A stretch of 64,000 bases of DNA from an uncultured Acidobacteriota bacterium (GTDB taxonomy: Bacteria; Acidobacteriota; Vicinamibacteria; Vicinamibacterales; UBA2999): NCBI GenBank assembly GCA_963807105.1, contig CAWEAM010000006.1, positions 90,292-154,291 on the forward strand. The letters are read 5' to 3'. Numbering within the stretch: position 1 is the stretch's first letter; each line of letters starts with the position of its first letter. Of the stretch, positions 8,096-18,177 are shown one piece after another. The notes beneath the pieces were generated by a model that was not told where the DNA came from, did not search any database, and worked only from the letters and a program-made list of their open reading frames with translations. Made by a program: the position numbers and the translations under genes.

Positions 8096-10802
8096 TGAGC
8101 GGGACGCTGTCTCACTACGAGATTCTCGAGCGCCTTGGCGAAGGCGGCATGGGGACCGTCTATCGTGCCGTCGATACCCGGCTGGGCCGCGCCGTGGCGG
8201 TCAAGCTGCTCCGACCGGAGCTGGCGGGTTGCGGAGAGAACCAGAAGCGGTTCATCCAGGAGGCCAGAGCCGCCTCAGCCCTCAACCATCCGCACATCAT
8301 CACGATCTACGACATCGGACAGGATCAGGGCGCGGACTTCATCGCCATGGAGTACGTTGCCGGCTCCTCGTTGGCGTACCGGCTTGCTCGCGGGCGGCTG
8401 AGTATCGGGGAGGCCGTCAACTACGCGGTGCAAATTGCCGACGCCCTGGCAGCCGCACATGCGGCGGGGATCGTCCACCGCGACCTCAAGCCGGCCAATA
8501 TCATCGTCAGTAGCAGTGGGACGATCAAAGTTCTCGACTTTGGTCTCGCGAAGCTGACCGAACGATCTCCGGCGGACGCCAACGACGGCGTCACCACGGA
8601 TACGCCCACGGCCCCGCTACAGCAGCAAACCGAGGAGGGAACGATCCTCGGAACCGCCTCCTACATGTCGCCCGAACAGGCCGAAGGCAAGCGTGCCGAC
8701 GCGCGCTCGGATGTGTTGTCGTTCGGCGCGATTCTGTACGAAATGGTGACCGGCGATCGCGCATTCCGCGGCGACACCAAAATGTCCACGCTGCTGGCCG
8801 TCATCTCGAAAGAGCCGGAATCGCCGAGCAGGCTCACACGCGGGCTGTCGCGCGATCTGGAAAAGCTTATCGAGCGCTGCCTGCGCAAGAACCGGAGCGG
8901 CGCTGGCAATCAATGGCCGACGTCAAGGTTGCTCTCGAAGATCTGCGCGAAGAATTCGCCTCGGCGAAGGATGTTCCCGACACGCAGGCATCGCCGCGTC
9001 GCATCGTTGCGCCGACCGCCACCGTGGTGATCGGGTTACTGGCGTTCGCTGTCTGGAAGATGCTGCCGGCAGCAACGCCGCCGCGACCGTTCCTGATGCG
9101 GCTGACGTCCGACGTCGGCTGGACCGACAATCCGGCGATCTCGCTCGACGGAAAGCTCCTCGCGTACGCGTCGGATCGAAGTCTCGAACGCAACCTCGAC
9201 ATCTGGGTTCAGCAGATTCCCAACGGCACGCCCGCGAGGTTGACGCACAACGGCGTCGACAACGTCGAACCGTCGTTCTCGGCCGACGGCAGCAAGATCG
9301 CGTTTCAATCCAACCGTTCCGGCGGAGGCGTGTTCATCGTCTCGACGCTCGGCGGCGAGGAGAGGCTTCTCGCCGCCGGCGGCTTTGCGCCGCGTTTCTC
9401 GCCGGACGGGACGTGGATCGCTTACGGCCTCCGCGACTCTGCCGGTGGCGGGATCTACGTCGCTCCCGCCGCTGGTGGACCTCCCACGCGAATTGCCGCG
9501 GGCTTCTATGCGGCACGAGGTCACGTGTGGTCGCCTGACAGCCGCAACCTGCTCTTCTGGGGCCAGCGCGAGCGCGACGTGCCACCAGATAACAACGTCG
9601 ACTGGTATGTGGCGCCGGTAGACGGCGGTGCGCCTGTTCAAACCGGGGCGCGGGCTGCGCTCATGCGCGAGGGCTTCGAAGCGGTTTACGGCCTGCCCGT
9701 CCCCGAGGCGTGGGTGCGCGCGGGAAATCGCATCGTGTTTCATGGCCACGTCGGCGACTCGTGGAACATGTGGCAGGTGGCGATTGCGCCCCAGAACTGG
9801 CACGTGCGCGCGGCGCCCACGCGCGCGACGTTCGGCACGACCGACGAGGCGGCCGCGTCCGTCACGCCCGACGGACGAATGGTGTTCATCAGCCGAATGC
9901 TGGGCGCCGATATCTGGAGCCTGCCGATCGAGGCCGAGCAAGGCAAGGTCCTTGGCGCGCTCGAACGGATCACGCAGGACGCCGCCGATGATTACGATCC
10001 CTCGCTGTCGGACGATGGCGCGACGCTGGTCTTCCGTTCGCGACGAACCGGCCGCTTCGATGTGTTCCTGAGGAATCTCACCACCAACGCGGAGGCGGTC
10101 GTCACACAAACAGGCGCCGACGTCTATCCCGCGATCAGCCGCGATGGAAAGCGCATCGCGTACTCGATCCGGCGCGATGGGAAGATGCCGGTGTTCGTCG
10201 CGCCTGTGGCGGGCGGCGCGCCTGAACAGGTCTGCGCCGATTGCGGAGAAGTCGAGCAGTGGACGCCCGATGGACTTGGCATTGTGTACGTGACCGCCAA
10301 CGATTTGTCCGGTGTCGGATTGCTGCGACTGGGCTCACCGCCCAATGATCGATGGCTGCGCCATGCAGGTTACGGCATCTTCAACCCGCGCTTGTCGCCC
10401 GATGGCCGCTGGGCGTCGTTCAACGCCAGAAGCGACAGGCTGGCGCCGGCCCGAGTGCTAGTGGCGAAGGTCGAAATCTCGCAAGTGGCGAGTGAGCACG
10501 AGTGGATAGTGGTGTCCGACGATGGCGAGGCGCCCGCCTGGTCGCCGCAGGGGAACCTGCTATATTTCTGGTCGAATAGCGACGGCTCCCCCTGTCTGTG
10601 GGCGCAGCGCCTCGCTCCGGCGACGAAGGAGCCGATCGACGCGCCGTTCGCGATCCAGCATTTCCACAGCCGGGGACTTTCGTGGAGAAACCTCTACCTC
10701 GGCGCGCCGGACATCGCCGTCGGCCGTAACCGGATTGTTTTCAATCTGGGAGAGCACACGGGCAACGTCTGGATGACGGATCTCCCGCCAACCCGCGATT
10801 GA
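8092..10802 (+). CDS. Ser/Thr protein kinase with TM and PD40 beta-propeller, one frameshift near 8892
   Basis: LGEGGMGTVY, HRDLKPAN, DFGLAK, YMSPEQ. Adding one C at about 8892 restores CLRKNPERRWQSMADVK and joins ORFs 8092-9030 and 8913-10802. Confidence 0.92.
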
Positions 10803-10912
10803 AACGTCGTGTTGAAGCGGTTCCACGCTACCGAGGTGGCGTGATCAAGTGCCCCATGGTATGAATCGCCGACATTCGACAGACTCGCCGCTCCGGCGCT
10901 CCGGGAGGTCAC

Positions 10913-11253
10913 ATGGCGAAACTTCACCCCTTTGGCAGCACGGGCTCCCCTGGAATTGACGTCCCGGCCGGGCGGCGTCTGGTCGTCGAGACGTTGAGCG
11001 TTCAAGTGGACGTGACACCACCAGGCACCAAACTGGAGACGTTCGTGAATTTCACCAGTGCGGGGCAGAATGTCACTCTGTTCGTGCCGGTGTCGTATGG
11101 TACACCGAGCCAGGCACAGGATTCGACTTCTACGTCGGGCTGCAGGCGGTCCGCCTCTACCCGGACCCCGGCACCTCCATGGTCGTCACGATTCACAGCC
11201 CGAATGGCAACGGAGGAACGCTGTTCCTGACCGTCTCGGGCAACTTGATCTGA
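10913..11253 (+). CDS. Small hypothetical beta-rich protein, frameshift near 11100
   Basis: GGAGG RBS. VPAGRRLVVETLSV... continues in another frame as YTEPGTGFDFYVGLQAVRLYPDPGT...LTVSGNLI-stop. Confidence 0.65.
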
Positions 11254-11379
11254 CGGCGAGCACCTCAGCAAGTGTGATACGTTCTCCGCCTCCGACCGGC
11301 GTCACATCGGTTCTCCGGCAGGGCTCAGCGACGCCTGTCACGATTGAGAGCCGCCACACTCGAGAAAAGGGAGGCGGGC

Positions 11380-11859
11380 ATGAATCCGAGACTGCGTGTC
11401 ACTTTGGTTGTTGCGGCGGGCGTGTTTGCGGTGGCGGTACTGGCCATCGCGCAAACGAAGGATCCTTTCGTTGGCACCTGGAGGCTCAACGTCGCCAAGA
11501 GCAAGTACACCCCCGGTCCGGCGCCGAAGAGCGTCACGGCCACCTACGAATCAGCAGGCCAGGGGTACAAGGTCTCAGTGAAGAACGAGCCGGCCTCTGG
11601 CCCCGTGCAGCAGTATTCGTACACGACCAGCCTCGATGGCAAGGACTCGCCGGTGACCGGCAACAACCCGAACGCGGACACGGTGGCGGCGAAGCGGATC
11701 GACGCGAACACGCTCGAGGTCGTCAATAAAAAGGGCGGGAAGACCACCACCACGCAAAGGAACGTTGTCTCGGCGGACGGCAAGACGCGAACAGTGACGA
11801 CGACGGGTACTGACGGGCAAGGCCAGAAGGTCAACAACGTGACGGTGTTCGAGAAGTAA
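11380..11859 (+). CDS. Secreted hypothetical protein, lipocalin-like beta-barrel
   Basis: GGGAGG RBS, signal peptide, DPFVGTWRLNVAKSKY and VVSADGKTRTVT motifs. Confidence 0.85.
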   Translation: MNPRLRVTLVVAAGVFAVAVLAIAQTKDPFVGTWRLNVAKSKYTPGPAPKSVTATYESAGQGYKVSVKNEPASGPVQQYSYTTSLDGKDSPVTGNNPNADTVAAKRIDANTLEVVNKKGGKTTTTQRNVVSADGKTRTVTTTGTDGQGQKVNNVTVFEK

Positions 11860-11860
11860 T

Positions 11861-12046
11861 AAGCCTAGATGGCTCTAGGTGCCTCAAGTGCCTTAAGGTG
11901 CCGAAGGTGCCTGCAGTGCTTAGTGCTCGGTGTCGGTCGCGTACGTGAACACAATACGCGGCACTATGCACCGCCGGTACTCGGCACAAGCGCCGGGTAC
12001 CAAGCACTCCCAGGCACCTGAGGCACTCCAGGCACCTTAGGCGCTT
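11861..12046. repeat. Imperfect palindrome built from about 9-nt (A/G)GTGCC(T) units, between convergent genes
   Basis: Left arm AGGTGCCTC-AAGTGCCTT-AAGGTGCCG-AAGGTGCCT; right arm carries the complementary AGGCACCT/AGGCACTC units; inner CGCGTA...TACGCG stem. Confidence 0.8.
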
Positions 12047-13262
12047 AATTACTGCTTCGTGGCCAGACGACTCCCTGATTCGTGGTGACCGATCCAACGC
12101 CCTTGAACACGAACTTCTGGAGGCGTTTGCCCTCCCACGTCTCAGTCGTGTAGAGGTTACCCTTCGAGTCCACCGCGATGCTGTGCACGCCGTAGAACTG
12201 GCCTGGCTGTCGGCCACCCGTGCCAAACGACGTCAACAGTTCGAGCGAGTCGCGGCGAAGGACGTACACGCGGTTGTTCATGCCGTCGGTGACGTAGAGA
12301 TAACGCTGCGCGGGATCCTTCGAGAACGCGACATCCCACACGGCCCCTGACGCTCGGGTGTTCTTCGCGAGGAACGACTCCTTGACGAACGTGCCGTCGG
12401 GCCGGAACACCTGCAGTCTGTTGTTCACGCGATCGCAGACGTAGACCAGGCCATCGTTCGAGAGATCCGCGCAGTGTACAGGGTTGCGGAACTGCTTGGC
12501 CGGTGGCGCCGCCGGATCGTACGGCCCGAGATCGGCATCGTCAGGCTTGTTGCCGTATGCGCCCCAGTAGCGCTTCATCGCGCCGGTTGACGCATCGATC
12601 ACCGCGACCCTCGTGTTGAAGTACCCGTCCGCGAGATAGGCCTCGTTTGCTTTGCCGTCGACGAAAATCTTCGCGACGCGTCCGAAATTGGCGGGGTCGT
12701 TGCTGCCGCGGACGTACATCGGTTCGCCCTTCGCGTTGGGCGGACCGCGGCGCGCTTCCGGCTTGCCGTACTGCGCAAGGAACTTACCGGTCTTCGTGAA
12801 CTTGAGGATGTGTGAATCGCCCGGTCCATTGCCGCCGATCCACACGTTGCCGAGATGATCCACGAAGATGCCGTGATTCGACGCCGGCCAGTCGTAGCCT
12901 GTTCCGGGTCCGCCCCAGTGATGCACCAGGTTTCCCGCCGCGTCGAACGCGAGGACGGGCGGCGCGCCGGCACAGCAGTCTCCGGTCTTCAGCTCGAGCG
13001 CCTTCTCGTTTGCGGCGAGAGTCGCCGAACCGCGATTGATGATCCACACCAAATCCTGATCATCGACCCAGGCGCCGATCGTCTGCCCGAGCACCCAGTG
13101 ATTGGGGAGCGGTTTCGGCCAGAAAGGATCGACCTCGAACCGCGGCGCCTGCACGCCGCTTTGTTCCGCGGCGGCGCGCGCGAGCACCGCGTGAGCAAGG
13201 CCGAGTACAGCCAACACCGCAAGCAAGCTGGCGCCAACAACGACGTTGTTTCTGCGTTTCAC
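12045..13262 (-). CDS. Secreted NHL-repeat beta-propeller protein (PAL-like)
   Basis: FEVDPFWPKPLP, VYVCDRVNNRLQVF, HSIAVDSKGNLYTTE. GTG start with GGGAGG RBS and signal peptide. Confidence 0.88.
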   Translation of the reverse strand: MKRRNNVVVGASLLAVLAVLGLAHAVLARAAAEQSGVQAPRFEVDPFWPKPLPNHWVLGQTIGAWVDDQDLVWIINRGSATLAANEKALELKTGDCCAGAPPVLAFDAAGNLVHHWGGPGTGYDWPASNHGIFVDHLGNVWIGGNGPGDSHILKFTKTGKFLAQYGKPEARRGPPNAKGEPMYVRGSNDPANFGRVAKIFVDGKANEAYLADGYFNTRVAVIDASTGAMKRYWGAYGNKPDDADLGPYDPAAPPAKQFRNPVHCADLSNDGLVYVCDRVNNRLQVFRPDGTFVKESFLAKNTRASGAVWDVAFSKDPAQRYLYVTDGMNNRVYVLRRDSLELLTSFGTGGRQPGQFYGVHSIAVDSKGNLYTTETWEGKRLQKFVFKGVGSVTTNQGVVWPRSSN

Positions 13263-13501
13263 GCTGGCCTCCCGTGCGGTGGAGTCTATCTCAGGCGGGG
13301 CGGACGAGTGCCGGGCTTTGAGGATCTGTTGAGCGGCAGTTCCCCGCCCCCGGTGGGCGGCCACGACCGGGTCGCGTGTGGTCGGCCGACGGGTAGCGGA
13401 TCGTTGCAGACACCTCGTCAATGGCCGGATGAATACGTCGCGCGCACGAGGATCGCGTCGGACATGCAGTCTCCTCGTCAGCGGCCGGGCGGTACGCGTG
13501 G

Positions 13502-14276
13502 TCACCGGTCGATCTCGATGACCTTTCGAAATGTCTGATAGATCGGCGGCGTCCCGGGCAGCCGCCGGAGGAACGCGCGCGCCTCGATGTAGTGGCGTCC
13601 TTCGCCGAGGCGCGAAAGGTCGAGCGTCGCCGAGTACACACCCTTGCCGGTGAAGCCGGGATCTGCGCTGGTGAACGGCTGGAACCCGGCAAATGCGCCC
13701 GACTGGATCAGGGGCGTCCCGATCACGTTGTTCTTCCCGTCGTCGATGCGAATCAACGCGTTGTCATCGAGATTCTCGTCTTTCAAGATCAGCGAAATGG
13801 TTGCGGTGTTCACCGTCAGCCGTTCGACAGGTGTGAGGCGCCGGACGCCGTTCGGCACGCTCGATGGCTCGGCGGCAATCACGCTCGCCACCGGTGCGAT
13901 TACGAAAGGCGCTGATGAAGCACCCTCCGGCGCTTTCGGCCCCCACATCGCGTAGCCCGGCGCGATGAGCCTCGTCGATGAGCCGCTTCAGCTCGTCGCC
14001 ATTGCCGTAGAACGTGCCGTCGAGTTGAAATCGATCGAAGACGTCGTAGCCAACCGACTGTCCCCCTTCGGCCTTGCTCGATGGCGGAATCCACAAGGTG
14101 CCGTACCCTGCCATGAAGACGTCGGGGATGCGATCGGTGGTCTCGGCGTACGGGCTCTCGAAGTATTGAAGGATGGGACCCTGCGCCGAGACGGTTCGGC
14201 CGATTGAACCCACCGCAGCTGCCAGCGTGGCGACGCATGTGGCGAAGAACATCCGGCGAGATGCGCTGGTTCGCAT
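13502..14276 (-). pseudogene. Internally deleted secreted GH13 alpha-amylase-family gene (N- and C-terminal parts only)
   Basis: N-terminal part ILQYFES...MAGYGTLWIPP...SVGYDVFDRF...YGNGDELKRLIDEAHRAGLR is typical of GH13. It switches frame at about 13950 into a C-terminal beta domain, and the catalytic core is absent. Confidence 0.75.
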
Positions 14277-14475
14277 GGGCCCTCCTCGTGCCGGCTAATC
14301 AACCCTAAGCCGAGCGTGGCCACGCGATCGATGGCGTGGGCCGCGGCGATCAGGGACGCCAGGCCGTGCCTCGACGGCAGCTCGAGCATGCGCACAGTCT
14401 GTCACAACGATCTACCCGAGGCCACAGCATCAAGTGGCGGTGAGCTCGATGTGGCGCCTGCAGCATCGCGCTTTT

Positions 14476-16362
14476 CTAGCGAGCCGCGGGCGAGCAGCTC
14501 CCGAGATGCTTGACGAAGAACGCTTCGAGCCGGCGATACATGTCAATCTGATTGTCCGGGTTGCGGAACCCGTGCCCTTCGTCCGGATACGTCTTGCTCT
14601 CGAACGTCTTGCCCAGCCGTGTGAGCTCGGCAACCGCGAGCTCGTGGTTCTTGTACGGCGCGCGATCGTCAATCTCGCCGTGCATGATGAGGAGCGGCGT
14701 CCGGATCGCGGCAAAGCGCTCGATGGTGTTGCTCTTCGAGTAGACCTCGGGACGTTCCGTGGGCATCCCGCCGTGCCCGGTCTTCGAGAAGATCTTGCCG
14801 AGACGATCCATGTGCTCGAACGTCATCGACTGCGAATAGATGCCGCGCATTGGTACTGCCGCGTCGAACTTGTCAGGTGTGCGTGTGATCGCCGCCATCG
14901 ACTGCATGCCGCCATAACTGCCGCCGTAGATGCCGACCTTGCCGCTGACATAGGGCAGGGTACGCAGATAATCCGCCGCCGATCCCGGATCGCGGGCCTG
15001 TCCGTTCAGCCAGTCATTGACCGCAAGATCCTGGAACTCGCGCCCGAAACCGGATCCGCCGCGATAGTTGATGGCCAGGACGACGAAGCCTTTCGAGGCG
15101 AGATACTGCTCGACAAGGTTCTGACCACGCATGTACGAGTTGGTGCCGCCGCCGTGCACTTGCACCAGCGCCGGACACCGCTGCGCCGACTCGATCGAGG
15201 GCGGAAGGTAGAGAAAGCCCTGGACGAACAAGCCGTCGTAGCTTCGATACGCGACCTCGATCGGATCGCGCAGGCCGGCCCACCGCGTCGCGACATGCGT
15301 GAGGCGCCGCTCTGGGCCGCCGGCGGCTCGCAGAGAGTAGAGATCGCTGCCTTCCGTCTCCGAGCTTCGCGAGAACACGAACGCATCACGCGCGGCGGTC
15401 GCGTCGAAACCGGCGATCACTCCACCCTGATGACTGACGCGCGTGGCGGCGCCGCCTTGCGCCGGAACCGACCAGATGTGATGCTCACCGCGCGTCTGGT
15501 AGACGAAATAGAACTGCGCGCCATCGGCCGACCAGAACGCGGGGTACTGATACGCGGTCACGTATGGCGCCATCTTGACCCTGGTCGGGCCACCCGTTCG
15601 GGGATCGACGAGGAAGATGTCGGCGAGGTCGAGATACCAATAGTCGCTCTTTGCCGTCCCAAACACGGCGATCCGATCGCCCTTCGGGGACCACGCGACG
15701 CGGGGGCCGATGTTGGTCAGATCCCTCGTCAACTGCCGCGCCTTGCCGCTCGCAACGTCCACGAGCCAGACGTCATCCGACCAGTAGTCCGACTTGTTGG
15801 AAACGTACGCGATGGTAGCGCCGTCGGGCGACCATGCCGGATCGAACCGGCCATCGTCGGCCGACATCGCCTCGCGCGTGAGCTGCCGCGGCTCGCCGCC
15901 GCCGGCCGCGACGAGCCAGATGTCCTGATGCCCGCCCGCCGTTGCCGACACCGCGATGGTGCGGCCGTCTGGTGAGAACACCGGCCCGCGCATGCCTTTG
16001 AGCGCCGAGGCAATCGGCGTCGGCTGACGATCCGTCAGCTTCAGCGTCCACAGGCGGTCGCCGCGCACGAAGACGACCGACTGGCTGTCGGGCGCCCACT
16101 CGACGGCGCCCGCATCGGCCCAGAACTCGGGTGTCGCGCTTGCGGTCGCGGCCATGCGATGCAGGCCGTTGCCGAGAGGCGTTCGCGCGGTGAAGGCGAT
16201 CCACCGGCCATCCGGCGAGATCGACGGGTTCGCCACACCGCCGCGCGGACCGCGAAAAATGTTCTCGAGCGTCAGCGGCTGGGCCTCTTGAGCGCGTGGA
16301 CCGGGTTGCAGCACGAACACAAGCGCGAGCACGGCGCACGCGAGAGAAGTTGCGGTCTTCAT
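14476..16362 (-). CDS. S9 family (prolyl oligopeptidase/acylaminoacyl) peptidase with PD40 propeller, secreted
   Basis: Signal peptide MKTATSLACAVLAL; VHGGG, NYRGGSGFG, GGSYGG nucleophile, HGEIDDR and EGHGF. ATG overlaps the upstream stop (ATGA). Confidence 0.93.
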   Translation of the reverse strand: MKTATSLACAVLALVFVLQPGPRAQEAQPLTLENIFRGPRGGVANPSISPDGRWIAFTARTPLGNGLHRMAATASATPEFWADAGAVEWAPDSQSVVFVRGDRLWTLKLTDRQPTPIASALKGMRGPVFSPDGRTIAVSATAGGHQDIWLVAAGGGEPRQLTREAMSADDGRFDPAWSPDGATIAYVSNKSDYWSDDVWLVDVASGKARQLTRDLTNIGPRVAWSPKGDRIAVFGTAKSDYWYLDLADIFLVDPRTGGPTRVKMAPYVTAYQYPAFWSADGAQFYFVYQTRGEHHIWSVPAQGGAATRVSHQGGVIAGFDATAARDAFVFSRSSETEGSDLYSLRAAGGPERRLTHVATRWAGLRDPIEVAYRSYDGLFVQGFLYLPPSIESAQRCPALVQVHGGGTNSYMRGQNLVEQYLASKGFVVLAINYRGGSGFGREFQDLAVNDWLNGQARDPGSAADYLRTLPYVSGKVGIYGGSYGGMQSMAAITRTPDKFDAAVPMRGIYSQSMTFEHMDRLGKIFSKTGHGGMPTERPEVYSKSNTIERFAAIRTPLLIMHGEIDDRAPYKNHELAVAELTRLGKTFESKTYPDEGHGFRNPDNQIDMYRRLEAFFVKHLGSCSPAAR

Positions 16363-18176
16363 AGCGTCTCCTGCGCCACCATCGACGCCTTCAGCTCGCG
16401 CCGCGCCGACCGCACGATCGCGCGCACCTTGTTCGCCTCGCGCACGAGTCCCACCTTGAGAAACGGCCGCATTTCCGGCGGCGCCGACGGCAGGCCGGCC
16501 GCAGCTTCGAGCCGTGGCACGGCGCCGAACTTGAGCGCCGGATCGTGATCGAAACGCTCGCCGCGCGCGTAGTTGAGCGGTACGAGGTGGCGTGCGAGGC
16601 GGCGCACGACGATATTGAGGCGACGCCGCTCGGCCGCATCGACCGCGCTGGCGACGACGCGCGATTCCGCGTCGCGCCGCCAACTCCGGATGTCGTCGCC
16701 GAGCGCCGCCAGGTCGTCGAGCACCGCCGCGAAGTCGATGTCGCCGCCGGACGCGCGTTGATACTCCGCGACTGCGCTGCGAATTTCGTCCACGGCGGCG
16801 GCGTAGTCGAAGGGGTGCAGCGGCGCGTTCAGGATGCGCACGATGGTGGTGACGTACACTGCGAGATCGCGCCGCAGGATGTCGAGATCGGCGACCGGCA
16901 TCAGGTCGTCCGGCGTATGCCAGGCGATGTTTCCGCCGCACCCTCCAACCGCGTAGTAGCCGCGCCGCTTCCGCTCCTCGGCGGGAATATTGGAGAGCAG
17001 CATATAGAGACCGGTGGGCCCGATCTGATTGAACGAATAGTCGCCGGCGCGCAGCGGCCGCACGCGCTGCGACGGCAAACCCAGCGCGTCGCGAATCGAC
17101 GCCTTGCAGAGCGCATCGGCCTCGGCCATCCACATCACCTCGTCGTAGGCGACGGCGTCGGCGCAGCCGGGCGAGTCGATGTCGAGCTGTGCGATGCACG
17201 ACTCGTCGATCTCGCTCGCGAACGTGTCGGCGTACCACGTGGACCCGGCATAGCGGCCGGTGGAGTGGCCGGGCCACCACGCAATGCGCACGCTTCGCTC
17301 GAGGCGATCGCGAAACGTCCACAGCAGCCGCGCCAGCTCCAGCAGCGCCGCGTCGCCGGTAGCGTTGTCGCCGATCCCTTCGTACCAGGAGTCGTAGTGG
17401 CCGTGCAGGAGAAGGAATTCGTCGGCATCGGATTGGCCGCGGATCTCGGCGACGGGCAGCAGGCAGCGCATCCAGCCTTCGCGCAGCCACGTCTTGATCT
17501 CCGCGTGCATCGTGCCCCGCTGCACGTCCGCGATCAGCGCCTCGCCATCCGGATGGTTGATGCACACCACCGGCGTTGTCGGTTTGCGCCCGATTGCGTC
17601 CGCCGTCGGCGCGCCCCAGATCGACGTGCAGATGCCCTCGTGAATGTGTTGCCCGGGATGGATGTAGATCTGCCCGATGGCGCCTCGCCGTTCGAACGCC
17701 TGCACCGGTCCCGGCATCGAGAAGCCTTCGGTGAGGACGATGCGTCCGCGCACCGGATCGCTCCCCGTCGCTGCGCTCAGCGCGGCGTCGGGCGTGTCGA
17801 AGAGTGTCGAAGTGCCCGCTGCATAGCGCGACGGCACATAACAGATCTCGCCGACGACCGGCCGATCGCCCGTCGATCGCGCCATGGCCGGCGGACGCGC
17901 ACGAACCGATCGACGCTCGCTGGCTCCGCCGACCGTGAGCTCCGCGCGCTCAGGCAGGCTGATGTAGAGATCCGGCGTATGCAGCGTGACCGGGATGCCC
18001 AATGCACGCAGCCGCTCGACGAGGTACTGTCCTGCCTGCTCCTCGGCCGCCGTGCCCGACTCCCGTACCAGCGTGGCAAAGCGATCGAGCAACGCGCGCG
18101 GCTCATCGAGGGCGATCGCGCCGCGCATCGCGGCTTCGAGCGCCTCGTCCTTGTAGACCCTGAATGTCTCGGACAC
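16359..18176 (-). CDS. M28 family metallopeptidase with PA-like domain
   Basis: HGHYDSW, GIGDNATG, LDIDSPG and WHTPDD motifs. Confidence 0.88.
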   Translation of the reverse strand: MSETFRVYKDEALEAAMRGAIALDEPRALLDRFATLVRESGTAAEEQAGQYLVERLRALGIPVTLHTPDLYISLPERAELTVGGASERRSVRARPPAMARSTGDRPVVGEICYVPSRYAAGTSTLFDTPDAALSAATGSDPVRGRIVLTEGFSMPGPVQAFERRGAIGQIYIHPGQHIHEGICTSIWGAPTADAIGRKPTTPVVCINHPDGEALIADVQRGTMHAEIKTWLREGWMRCLLPVAEIRGQSDADEFLLLHGHYDSWYEGIGDNATGDAALLELARLLWTFRDRLERSVRIAWWPGHSTGRYAGSTWYADTFASEIDESCIAQLDIDSPGCADAVAYDEVMWMAEADALCKASIRDALGLPSQRVRPLRAGDYSFNQIGPTGLYMLLSNIPAEERKRRGYYAVGGCGGNIAWHTPDDLMPVADLDILRRDLAVYVTTIVRILNAPLHPFDYAAAVDEIRSAVAEYQRASGGDIDFAAVLDDLAALGDDIRSWRRDAESRVVASAVDAAERRRLNIVVRRLARHLVPLNYARGERFDHDPALKFGAVPRLEAAAGLPSAPPEMRPFLKVGLVREANKVRAIVRSARRELKASMVAQETL

Positions 18177-18177
18177 G

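Noticed and set aside
8880-8915. Programmed frameshift or split kinase/propeller genes
   Set aside because: A single missing C in a short C run restores the usual continuous kinase-TM-PD40 protein, and no slippery heptamer is present.
11861-12046. Possible CRISPR array
   Set aside because: Units are about 9 nt, degenerate and inverted, with no unique spacers and no cas genes.
13270-13500. Possible riboswitch or small ORF (GAGGAG then MSDAILVRATYSSGH) upstream of the NHL gene
   Set aside because: No recognisable riboswitch consensus, and the ORF is too short to support.
16363-17565. 1029-aa ORF suggesting a long N-terminal extension of the S9 peptidase
   Set aside because: The extension is an alternate frame of the M28 gene; the real start is the signal-peptide Met at 16362.
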